Translations under genes and position numbers: made by a program
NCBI RefSeq assembly: GCF_006345805.1
Contig: NC_043008.1
Location: forward strand, 33,232,001 to 33,296,000
Reading direction: 5' to 3'
Source: Octopus sinensis
Taxonomy: Eukaryota
DNA length: 64,000 nucleotides
In this document: positions 1 through 26,900 of the stretch, piece after piece
Layout: each line of letters starts with the position of its first letter
Position numbering within the stretch: the first letter of the stretch is position 1
Notes under the pieces: generated by a model
Database searches by the model: none
What the model was told of the DNA's origin: nothing
What the model saw: the letters and a program-made list of their open reading frames with translations, nothing else

Positions 1-159
1 TTTTTTTCTTTCTGACTTCCAAACAAACTCTTTCTAATATTTGATGAGAGGGATACATTGAAACTGGTTATATTTTAAATCACTCACTGTAATGAAAATA
101 TCAAACATTCTTTAAAATATACTTCTGTGCTTTTCCAACTTTATTTACTTTTTTAACAA

Positions 160-420
160 TATTTATGTCTGTGTGTGTGTGTCTTTGTTTAGATATATTG
201 TAAATGAGCATCACTGACATGAAAGTGTTGTTCATTTCCAGTCTTCCATGGTAATCATATCTGGCCTTGGGAAATAGGAAATATTACCTTGCTTGAAAGC
301 AGGTGTGAGTTAGTAACAGGAAGGCATCTGGCCATAGAAAATATGTACCTCAATAAATTCCATCTGACCCATGCTGTTATGGAAAAATAGATGTTAAATG
401 ATGTTGCATGATGATGTATT
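160..420 (+). mobile_element. SINE or LINE-3'-tail family ending in (GAT)n
   Basis: Shared core ggaaatattaccttgctt...aggaaggcatctggccatagaaaat...gttaaatgatg. Also at about 3290-3470 (+), 13060-13280 (-), 14350-14490 (-), 15620-15830 (-) and 37390-37650 (+). Confidence 0.7.
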
Positions 421-539
421 TAGAGTCACAATAAATTAGTCCCCTGAAAAACTCTATGGTTTTACCATAGGGTTTAATTATGCACTAAAACCATCCAGAT
501 TATGCCTCCATATATAATATCTCTTCATTACAAATACTT

Positions 540-900
540 CTGTTATCATTTTTAATCTGATTATTGCCTGCAACACCCACAAGATTATCCACCATCTTTT
601 CAACAACCATGGGCACCTTTTTGAATTCCATATGTCTAATATTCATAAAAAACGCTTACAAAATCAAAATTAACACTACACCCATAACTTTCAGAAACAT
701 ATTTTCACACATATTTTGCTGAAGCATGGAATAAACCATCCTCATCAGTTATCAGCTGTTGAGACACTACATCCTTCAAAACTTCCATCCATGCTTTCTG
801 AAATTTGCCCACAGTATACCTGATGCATCCTACCTTCGTTATTTATCTCTTTTTTTAAGACTTATTCACTGTTCACTTCCTGCATTTTCTATGTACTATC
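540..900 (-). mobile_element. Degraded RTE-type LINE RT fragment
   Basis: The - strand shows only a degenerate KAFD-region resemblance, with many stops. Boundaries approximate. Confidence 0.4.
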
Positions 901-1057
901 CATGCAGTTTTGGTTATTTTTTCTGATAATTTGTAGTGCACCTGTACACTATATACAGTAAGTTTTATTATTATTATTGTAATTAGATCTACCAATTCTG
1001 GTAATTAATTTGGCGCAATTTCTAAATTCAAAAAAAAATTTTTTTTTTTTTATTCAG

Positions 1058-15438
<14,381 letters not shown>

Positions 15439-15482
15439 TGATTATATTATTTATGAAATTTTATAATATATATATATATTCA

Positions 15483-15488
15483 AATAAA
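15483..15488 (+). promoter_or_regulatory. Candidate ZnT5 polyadenylation signal AATAAA
   Basis: First AATAAA after the stop codon, followed by a U-rich tract. Not validated. Confidence 0.4.
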
Positions 15489-18400
15489 TTCTTGTTTTAT
15501 AATTTTGCACTTTTTATGACTTTCTTTCACAAATGTCTTAGAAACAGGGTTCGTTTATTTCTTTATACTCATTTTTAATTTTCATCAATGGAAACTGTAA
15601 ATTGGGACAGTTTTCATTGATGTGGGACTTCACATCATCATCATCCTTCTTTTCTATGCTTGCATGAGTTGGACAGTTTATTGAGGAAGATGTTTTACTG
15701 TTGGATGCCCTTCTTTTCACTAATCCTTAACTGTTTCCAAGCAAGGTAATATTTCCCTATGACTAAACATATTTTTACAGAATACTGGAAATAAATGACA
15801 ATCACACACTATCAAGACAAGGGGACACAAACACTCAAACATAGATAATGATGGATTTCCTTTTGTTTCTGTCTATCAAATCCACTCACAAGGCTTTGGC
15901 TTGCCAGGGGCTATGGTAGAAGACACTTGCCCAAGGTGTCACACAGAGGAACTGAACCAAAAACTCTGGCTGGGAAACAAACTTCTTGACCACAGTCACA
16001 CCTGCTCCTGTGCTGAGGAAATTGTTATTGAATTTCACTTCAACTATGGTCAAATAAATTCACAATGAATTCCAGCTATTAGCCATATTATATGATTTAC
16101 AGGAGATTTGGTAATATCTAGCAGGCTGAGCAATAACACAGAGGCTTCTTCAGCTCACAATTAAACATTCAACCTTCAAAGCTAGGAAGTCTGCCAGACA
16201 GCCAAATGCAACTAAGGCAAGCAGGTAAATATCTTTTTAACTGTACAATACAACAATGTTTGAAGTGAGGTTTGACTTCATGGCCATATGATCCAAGATT
16301 TTAACTGTAACCAATCTACTTACCTCAAAAAGAAAAAAAAAGCCAATACTTAAACTAATCTAAATTCAACACATACAATTTTAAAGAAAAATTGGATGTT
16401 ATAATGAAAATTATATAGTTTGAAATTAAAGCAAAAAAAAAAACTAGGCAAAGAAGTGGCTGTAACTATTTTATTTCACCAATACAAATAAATACAACCA
16501 GCTTGATTTGAAACAATATTGGTTGATATTTTTGGTTTTTCCACAAAGAAATAATTTTTTGTAGTCTTCCGTAAACCAGATTAAAGAAATTATATTACAA
16601 ATATAAAAAAAAAATAACTAAACAGAAATGGATTTTATAAAAATCCATTTGTTTACCTCATAATCAAGACGGAATAAGATTTTGTAACTTATTAAACTGA
16701 AAAGAAAAATAAACAAAATAATTGTAGCTACCATTGGTATCATCAAAACTATCTCATAGTGGAAAATTATCCTTTATTTTATTCCTATTCATTTAAAGCA
16801 TTGTTCTAGATGGTCAATTAATTCCTCAATGTTTTCCATATTTTGCTAAAAAGTTTATTCACAGTTAACTGATAACATGGGCTCTTAACTAAAGTTACCT
16901 CATATGGTTGTGTGTGTGTATATATATATATATATATTTGGGTGTATGCAGGAGCACAGCATTCAAAGTAATTTAAGGACTACTGAAATACTGCTGATGT
17001 AGCATGTGTGTGTGCCTTCAAGGGGAAAATACACAAACGGAATGGACAAAAACAATGTGGCCTATCACTTTTATAACAAGAGTTTATTCTGTTCGTTATT
17101 AGCAGTGAAAGATGTGTGGGAGGGGACTTAAAAGAATGAAGAATCAGGTGTGTAGGACACTATTTATTACAGATAGGCACGAGAGGGAACTTAATAGATA
17201 TCAGCCTCACATATATAGCACACTGATATTTATAAGCAAGAAAAAAGTTTTGGATGGACTTTTATGTTAAATCTATGGCACATGTCTTAAGAGACCACAT
17301 TCAGCAACAGCGATTTACCCTCTTAGAATTAGCTCACTTGTATTATCACGTTTGCAACTTACAGATGTACAATGGAACACCAGTTGAGTTGCCCCCTAAT
17401 GCAAGAATCAAGCACTTTTTATGATCTTGCAATGAACTGTGAAGAAAATTGAGATGTACTATTCACATTTTAACTGAATTTGAAGTGGATTCTCTCAGAA
17501 AAATTATATTCTTAATTTTAAACATCCGTTTTTCATTTTTTAAAAGAGACTGTAATATTTTATTAATGAGTAAATCACGATAAGACATGACTTGATATGT
17601 TTGTTACCAATGCAAATTGGACAGAATGAATTTCCCTTTAAATTTAACAAAAAAAAAACAAACAAATATGCTGTAGTAGCACCTGAATTCATCAGAGATT
17701 AATAACTCTTTACTTTGTTTTTACACCATCACTTTTGACTGCTGTATTTTGTGAGGTACTGTAAATCTACAGAAACAAGTTCTTAACACTGAGATTCAAA
17801 TCCAAATCCCAATTCCTTTTGTCATTTGTATAATAATGTGAGTGGTAACATAACACATAAGAATGCTATGTGTAAAAATGATGGAATGACTGAAGAATAT
17901 ATCAGAGCTGATAAGAAATAATAGATTTGGTAATTAAATCTCAATGAATTTATATAATAAATGTTTCAAAAATTCAGTAAAGCTTATAACAAATGACTTA
18001 ACTTTAAATAAGTACATAACTATTATAATAAAAGGATTTTGCCTTTTCATTTAAAAATAATCAAAACAATTCTAAATGCATATCTATCACAAAAATTGGA
18101 ATAAATTTCATGATTGTTTAGCCGGCTTTATAAACTGAATCATTTAACATCTTAATTAAAAAACAATACAACAGTTAGACAGAAATGGCAACAAAAGATA
18201 TTTTGTTACATAGCTATTTCCATTAGGACTGTTAATGGAATGATGTCTAGTCAAAAACTGAAGTTATTTTAAACATATTTATATGATCTGCACAACCCGA
18301 AATAGTACAAGGACACTGTATTAAAATGTAGTTTTATAAAACATTTCCAATATAAACATTTTCCTCTTCAGTCAGTATTTTTTGTTGTTTTTTTTTTTTT

Positions 18401-20509
18401 TGTTTTTGTTTGTAAAGTATCTAAAATACATAAGTAAAAGGATCTTTAATTCTGAAGTAGATATGAGTTCTACCTAATACAATAATCATAAGATTGAATT
18501 CAACAATGTAGCTGCCATAAAAATGTACTATTTACTTAGACAATATAATAATACATTTCAACATTTAAAATCCAACACAATTATTTCCATGTAATAACAA
18601 TCATACGTCAGTTGTATTAGAAACCAGAAGCTTGTATATATAAAACAGTTTGTAGTTATAGTTAACAGTGTGAAGCTTACAACTGAAACATACTGAAGCA
18701 GAAAATCAAAACTGGATCCCAATGACTACCAGCAGTTCTGTTATATTCTTTGGACAAGGAAGGGCTTTCACTTTAAGAGTTTTCTGGAAACTTTAAATGA
18801 ATAGAAATCACTGAAACATATATTTTGATGACAAAACTGTTTGAAAATGTAAGTCAGTTTTCAACCAAAATATACATATACATCAAGAGAATTGACACAT
18901 TAAAGTTGGTAATTTCACAATGTAAAAACACGAAAAGAAAAAAGTTACCATTGGATTATTTTTTCTTTTTCTTATCAACGTAGCAGACAAAATGGATGGG
19001 AAAAAAGATTAAGTATATAACGTCATCTAATTTCTCATTAATTAAACTGAACACAACACTTTCCAAATCTATTCTCTTTTGGGAAGGCGAAGGGGTTTGT
19101 TTTTAATCCTTCACAATAAACAGACTATAGTATTATAAAAAGACATGCCAAGAAATACAGTACCAAACCAAAGTACTAATATTCCACATCTTGTATTTTT
19201 TTCTTTTTTACTCAAGTAAGATTTCACTTTAAAAATACATTGATATATAACTGCTATGTATGATTTTGATGCTAAATCCTTCTACATGTAATTGAATGTT
19301 CTTCAGAAGATACTATTTTTGTGTCTACATTTTGGCACAATCTCTTCTCATTTAAACAGTATTTCTTTGTCAACAGATCTAAAAGTTTCCCATTTTACTT
19401 GTTTGAGCAATATATTGTCATGCAGTATTTTTGAGATGGTGGGTTAAAAAAAAAAAAAAGGTCATGTCAAAATATAGATACAAAAATAAGCATCTAATAA
19501 CAGGACTTGGCAATACCAAAATACAACTGACAGCAATTCACTCCTACCATCAATGGGGTAAACACTTATGTGCTACCTAGTCTCGAATAGTAGATACTAA
19601 CAAATAGCCTGTTTCTTCATATACAGAGCCAACAGCAAATGAACGAAAACCCTGATGTCCTTCGAAACCAGAATATTTTGGCAGTCGCTTAGAAGAATAT
19701 GAAAGCAATGAGAAATTCAGAATAGCGACAGAGTGAAGATTCAAGATCAAATAAATAATCTCTACTACATATATTAAGTGCCTTTTTCTCTTATCCAAAT
19801 ACACATATATACATCATATATTATATATACGTACAATATATGCAGATATATATGAATATATTATGATATGTATAACCAGTGTTTCAGTATCACCAAAAAC
19901 ATTTTAGTTTTACAGAAATAATGGTAAAAAACAAGGATTTCATAACCCATGAATTCTACTCATGATGCAGTCATGGGAATAATTACACCATTCCCTGCTT
20001 ACATTCAAGATTAGCACCTTATAACAAGATAAACCCAAAGTTAAGCAAGAACTGGATAAGAAGTGGTTCCATTTGTCAAAGCAGATCATTGTAGCAAATC
20101 TGATGGTTTACCTTAAATATTAATTCACAAGCAAGTCAGAAGGTGCCTTTGTGAGTTTGTTCTTATTACAAAAACAAAATTGCTATGTGTGTGTGTGACT
20201 TGGTAGATCAAACTTCTCGTAGAAAAAGGAAGAATATGCCCAGAGTCACACATGAGTAATCACAATGTTGTAGTAATTCTTATATAATAAATACTTCAAA
20301 AAAAGTTTGGGAAATGGCTACATGAACAAATAAAAAAAAACCTTAAGGACTTCTTAACTAAAATGAAGCTTGTGTCCTTAAATTGTGGTTGAGACCCAAG
20401 TCTTTGGGTACATATTAAATGTAATAATACAATTAAGCTCTGACTTGATTCAAAAAGAAAGAAAAACAATAACCAACAAGCCACAATAGAAAAAAATTCT
20501 TCCAAATAT

Positions 20510-20515
20510 TTTATT
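20510..20515 (-). promoter_or_regulatory. Candidate proximal ALDH4A1 polyadenylation signal
   Basis: AATAAA on the - strand about 290 nt after the stop, with a downstream U/GU-rich tract. Confidence 0.4.
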
Positions 20516-20800
20516 TGGAAATTAAATTTAGAATAAGGAATTTGTACTAAATTATAGGTTTCTTCTCAACCTTAGAATTACAATAATTTCCTGAACTATA
20601 AATATATAGTTTAGACTAAAATCAGATCTACACAACACTATTTCCACTTAACACACACACACATAAAACATACACACAAATATTTAAAAAAAATCAAGAA
20701 CTATTAAAATACATTTGATTTGAGTATTTCTCCATTTTCCAGTTTTTCGTGTTTTATAGCTGCCTGAAATTTATGAGATATTTATCAACATATTGAAGTT

Positions 20801-20913
20801 TTAACCCATGTATGGATATTTCCATGTTTGAAGTGGAGATTTGCTTTCTTTGATTGATTGTATAGAAACGAATTTCATGAGGTAGTATGGCCCACCAGCT
20901 TTGTCATTTGTAC
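20801..20913 (-). CDS. ALDH4A1: ALDH4A1 terminal exon (TNDKAGGP...KYPYMG*)
   Basis: ttcag|GT...TAA, 113 nt. Confidence 0.96.
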
Positions 20914-23900
20914 CTGAAAATATATATTAGAACATATATTAGTTGTGTGCATGTGTGTGGGTAAATGTATGTTTGAATATATAATATTGTAGTTCATCAT
21001 CATCATCATCACAGTGGGATTGAACCTGAAATCACATGATTAAAAAGCAAGTTTCTTTACACAGACATGCCTGTAACTATTGTTTAGTGAAAACAAAAGG
21101 AAAAGCCTTCAGTAAATCTGTATTCCTGATATATTCAATCAAGTCTGTACTGTACAAGAAAACATTTCACATAAATCTGGTTGTTACAGTTCAATCTATG
21201 AAGGTGGGTTGAAAAATTTATAGACTATGAAGGAATGATGATAGATATATGAAATCTTGCAGGCATTAATTTCATCTCTTCTTATTAATAACTTCATTGT
21301 TTCTTTCCAGGTAAACTGACATCTGACAGTTCGACGATGACTTCAAAAGTAGCTAGTAGCAACTTGTCTTAAAAATGGAGAAAATTTGGCATTGCATTGT
21401 ACCTTCAGAAAAAAATGTTTTAGCCCCCAACGACATTCATGCTGATATAGTTATGTTAGAGGATGGTGCTTCAGCTTTATCAACAGTGCAGAAATAGGCT
21501 GCTGAATTTAGGAGGGAAGGGAGAATCTTGAAGATGACTCAAGGTCTGGCATCCTGCAACTGCCACCCCAAAAGAAAACATTGATCATGTTTATCACATG
21601 GTGATGGATGACAGGCAATGACTATAAATCAAATTGCCAACGCTATTAGCATATCCCATGAGAGAGTTAAGAATATTCTACACAATGAACAATGACAAAA
21701 GTTATTGCCTGATGGGTGTTACATCTTCAGACACCTGATCAAAAGCACACCAGGCTGATTATATCACAGAAAAATCTGACATTGTTTGAGGCAGATCCGG
21801 CTGGTTTTCTTGAATGTTTATTAAGGCGGATTATGTTGAAAAATAAACCTCATTTGGTTACATTTCATGAGAGTATCTTGGTCAGGTTATGAACTTTTCA
21901 GCTAGTCCTTGTAGGTTAGCCATAACTGAGCAGACCTACAATCAAAAGCATTCCATCTGTGATCAACCTTTCTTTCTTTCCTTTTTTTAAAGTCAGTATA
22001 TCTAAGACATATTATCCAATGCGACAGTCATATTTGTTTAAAATGAAAAGTTGTGATTTAAGGAAGATTTAACTGCTATGTTTAGCAGAGTGAGCAAGAA
22101 ACGTAGAGTTTCCTTCATTAGTTTCTACAACACTTGTCAGACTTGGTGTGGCCGACAGATAATCAAACAAATTCCAGCTGTGACCATCATGTCTTTTTTA
22201 AGATATTAATATACATGTGCAAGCATGAGTAATTAGTCACAGGCATGGCTGTGTGGTTAAAAGGCTTAGAACAGTGAAACTTGAAGCAGATAGAGTTATA
22301 TAAATAATAGCCTGTAAATATTCTCTTGAATTTTCTAAATTTTTATGACGTCAACAACACAACTCTCACTGATAAAAATAAAGTTTCTGAACTGGACAGA
22401 GAAATTCAAAAGATTACTTTGGTCCAATGGTAGAACATCTGTTGTGTTTATGGGAAATGTGGGTTCATGTCCCACAGGCAGCCTTTGACTTTTTTTCATC
22501 CAAAGGGCTTTAATCTAATATTTACATATTATTTACAGCTTCATCTGCTTTCTGCTTCATGTTCCACAGAACCACACAACAAATTGAGTTTAATAGAAAA
22601 AAGGGGCATTCAGTGGTGATGATGATATATATGTATACATGAGGCACATTGTTACAGTATATGTGTGTACATGAATATGTATATGTACAGTGCAACAGTG
22701 CATTACTTCAATATATGTTGTGTGCATTTATGAGTGAATATATATATATATATGCATAGTTACATATATGTAATGTATATGAGTATATATATGTGTGTGG
22801 AGATTAGAGCAGCGGACTTGCAGTCGAGGAATCGCAGGTTTGAATCTCAGACCGGGCGATGTGTGTGTTTATGAGCGAAACACCCGAGCTCCACACGGCT
22901 CCGGCATAAAGTAATGGTGAACTTCTGCTGACTCTTTCGCTACAACTTTCTCTCACTCTTTCCTCCTGCATCTTGCAGCTCGCCTGCGACGGACCGGCGT
23001 CCCATCCAGGTGGGGAGCCTATACACCAAGGAAACCTGGAAACTGGCCCTTATGAGCCAGGCATGGCTCGAGAAGGAACAAACAACAAAACATATATATG
23101 TGTAAAACACATTGCTACAATATATGTTGTGTGCATTTATGAGTGAATATATATATATATATATATGCATAGTTACATATATGTAATGTATATGAGTATA
23201 TATATGCATAGTTACACATGGCTACAATATATGTTGTGTGCATTCATGAATGGATGAGGCCTTAATTACAGTAATGTAATGGCATAATATCACAATTAAT
23301 GTAATGTTTAGATAAAGCAAATAGTTAGAGTACACTTCAGACTGTATGAAGTCAAATTACTGGGATGATAACTTACCTGACAACCGACTTCCACCAAATG
23401 GTTGTTGACCGACAATAGATCCAGTTGATTTATCATTGATGTAATAGTTACCGACTGAATCTCTGAAGATGTCATTCAATGTGTCTAATGCTTCACTATA
23501 GGCAGAAAAAGAAAAAAAAAATACATGAAGAAAATGAAAGAGTTAAATAGTATAATAATTATATCTAACTCAAGCACATTTAGGTCTTTCATGTGCCCTA
23601 GTCTCATAAGGCCAAAGGTTAATCTGGTTTCCATGGTGAATGAGTGACATAACTGGCACTAACTGGAACTCCGTCAGTCATGATGATGAGCGTTCCAGTG
23701 GATCTGATTAACAGAACAACCTACTTGTGAAATTAATGTGCAAATGGATGAGCACCCCTCAGGCATACATAACCTTAATGTAGTTGTTAGGGAGATTCAT
23801 TGTGACACAGAACATGACAAGGCTGACCCTTTGAAATAAAGGTACTACTCATTTTTACCAGTTGAGTGGACTGGAGCAATGTGAAATTAAATGTTTTGCT

Positions 23901-26900
23901 CAAGGACACAATGCTCCAGCAGTAATTGAACCCATGACCTTGCAATTATGTGCCGAATAGCCTAACCACTAAGTCACATGCTCTCACATAGATTACAGCA
24001 TTCCATCCTGAAGAGGACTCCAGTCTGTCAGAAGGTTAACTTCTCATCCATTGCTGGAGCTCATTTTCAAGTGAATGAACTGAAGCAATGTGAAATGAAG
24101 TGTGTTGCTCAAGAACTTAATGCACTGCCTGGTCTCAGAATTGAAACTGTAATCTTGCAATCATAACTGTAACACCCTTATCACTAAGCCATGCATGTGC
24201 TTTTGCAACATAGACACAAGGGCACATATTTTGAGAGAAGGATGTACACTTGATTAAATCAACACCAGTACTTAACTAATATGTAATGTACTGGTCCTAG
24301 AAAGATGAACATCAAAGTTCACCATTTGCATGGATTTCATAAACCTCTCTACCAATTCTCTTTTTTGCTTGCTAAAATATTAATTTTTAACATGAAGATA
24401 AAGCACAGTTTTGGGAACAACTCAAGTCACTTAAAGATACTCTGGTATTACACTGACATTTTATTGACCTCAGGAAGATAAGAAACAAAAAGTTGACACT
24501 GGTGGGAATTAAACACAATATAAAGTGACACTGTCTGGTACTCACTGATTCTGCCACAAGAAAATTAATGATGATGATGATGATAATAATAATAATGATA
24601 ATAATAATAATAATAATGATAATAATAATAATAACTAACAACAATGATGACAGATTATCAAAAGGCTTTGACAGTTTTCCCCATGCATGGATCATGGAAA
24701 CATAAGCCATGAACAAGGTAACACCAATAATAATAAAATATATAAAACATGCCATGGACAAATGGCAAACAGTGCGGCATCTCCAGACTAAAGAGGGACT
24801 CATAAAAACTAAAACCATCCACATTACAAGAGGAATATTTCAAGGAGACTTGAAACTCCTTTTCTGCCTGGCACTGACACCTTTAACTGACAAGCTAAAC
24901 AGAACCGGATGTGGATACAACTGCTACAGTAAAACAATCAACCATGAAATGCCACTAAGCATTTTGCCCAATGTGCTAATGATTCTGCCAGCTTGCCACC
25001 CAAAATTTAAATAATTATGACAATATATGCATGTGTGTGTATATATATATATATATAACATACCTGTCTAGAGCATAAATTGCTCCAGTAAGTCCAAAGG
25101 GAGATGTGTCATTCACTAAATTGGCATATGTTTTATATTCTGCATCCGGATATACAAACAAGGTCAAAACTGGACCAAATATTTCCTGTAAAAGAAATAA
25201 AGAAATACGTTGAATATGGATGCTAAACAATGATGGTGATGTGATGTTACATATCTTGAGAAATTTTAAAAGAATCATTATTGTAATGACAGTAATGGTG
25301 GTGGCAAAGAATGATGACAATGATGATGATGTACAGAAATTTTATATTAAGTCAACAATTAACAAGACTGCAAGATAACATTCAACAATGGCCATATTTT
25401 AATTTTCTAAAATTATTATGGCTGTGACAAGCTTCACTAATCATCATAATTTGTACATATGATAACAGGTTTTGATTTCAATATCAGCAAAATAATACTC
25501 AGAAATAAAATACACAGAAATGATTAACGATAAAGAAATAAATTCAAAGCAGTGAAAGTCACAAACTTAAAAGAACCAAAGTCACAGATAAACTCAAAAG
25601 AAGGCAATTTTTAACAAGTTTTGGAGATTAATACAGCATTCTACAAGTTTGTTGAAAATACATGTGAGTGTGTGTGTGTGTGTGTGTAATAAAACATATA
25701 TATGAAAAACACACCAGATGCAAGAGAGTTTGCATAAAATACATGCAAGTAAATCTGCAGGGTGTGTGTTCACTGTAAAAGTGAGTCTGTAGGAAGTCCT
25801 GTGCTTACAATCAGTCGAAAGATGTGTCACTTGTAAGAGTGGCAGAAGCTGCATTATAATATCTGTGAAGTGGCACTGTAATAGCTGTGAAAGCTGTAAG
25901 TTGTGGCATCACACGGTGGTTGCATGCAGCATAGTTATATATATATGTATATAGTGCAACTCTACAGTGTGAAGAAGAATGCATATATATACTGGTAGAG
26001 AAGTTCAGTACTAGTGAGAGGAAACTGCTGATTGTGAAAAAGCCAAGTATCAGAAATTTTGGTAAAAGATGGTCTGGAGAGCTTACAGTAGATCTTGTAG
26101 AGCCTGGTTGCTGCTATGCAAGTTAGAGGCAATAACTGAAGAACTGGTCACTCTTCTCTATGACAATCCCTGAACTGATGATTTCATTAGGTAATCTGCT
26201 GTCCACTGCATATGTTGTGACTACCACTGCTATGATAATTGTCTGAAACACTGTGAAAATTGGTTCTTTTGCTATGTTGACCAATAGACTCCACCTTGTA
26301 CTGTGTCTCTGGACTCTGTTGACTGCCCTGCCACTCTGGCATGGGCTACATGCCCAATGAACACTACCAGTAATTCCAATAAGAAAGCTACTTAGCAATA
26401 GCTCTTTAAAAACAACAATGCTCATTAATCATTGATTAGTCCAAATGGGAATTATATTATATTTATAATAAAGTAACCATCATAGTTGACTGATCCAAGA
26501 GTTGATGGTATAGGCACATCTGCTGACACCAGTCATCTGTGAAGATGACTGACAGTTGCAGTAGTCTACTGGTCCAGAAAGTGATGACATAGGTACATCT
26601 GTTGGTATCAAATAGCTGGTGTTAGTTGTCGATAAAAGCAAACTGGCAATTTGTGGATCTATGTTCAAGTCACAAGAGTACAAATATAACAGTAGGTATT
26701 CACTACAATAATAATGATGAGGACTTTAATATTAACAATAATCATTCTAATGATCATAACTATTCAGATGATAATAATTAAGAAAACTGTTTTAATGTTG
26801 ATATTGACAATAACTGTTCTGATGGTTATAACTGATTCAACTATTATGATGACTATTAAGATAATCAAACTCGGATAGTTATTTTAACAATACTAACAGG

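Noticed and set aside
19635-19665. SECIS or C/D snoRNA-like ATGA...AAA...CTGA motif
   Set aside because: Spacing is too short for a SECIS, there is no proper C box or terminal stem, and neither gene has an in-frame TGA.
24387-24824. 145-aa ORF with a poly-Ile run, and the many IYIY/CVCV/HTHT ORFs in the track
   Set aside because: Translations of (AAT)n, (TA)n and (TG)n microsatellites or of SINE/LINE antisense strands.
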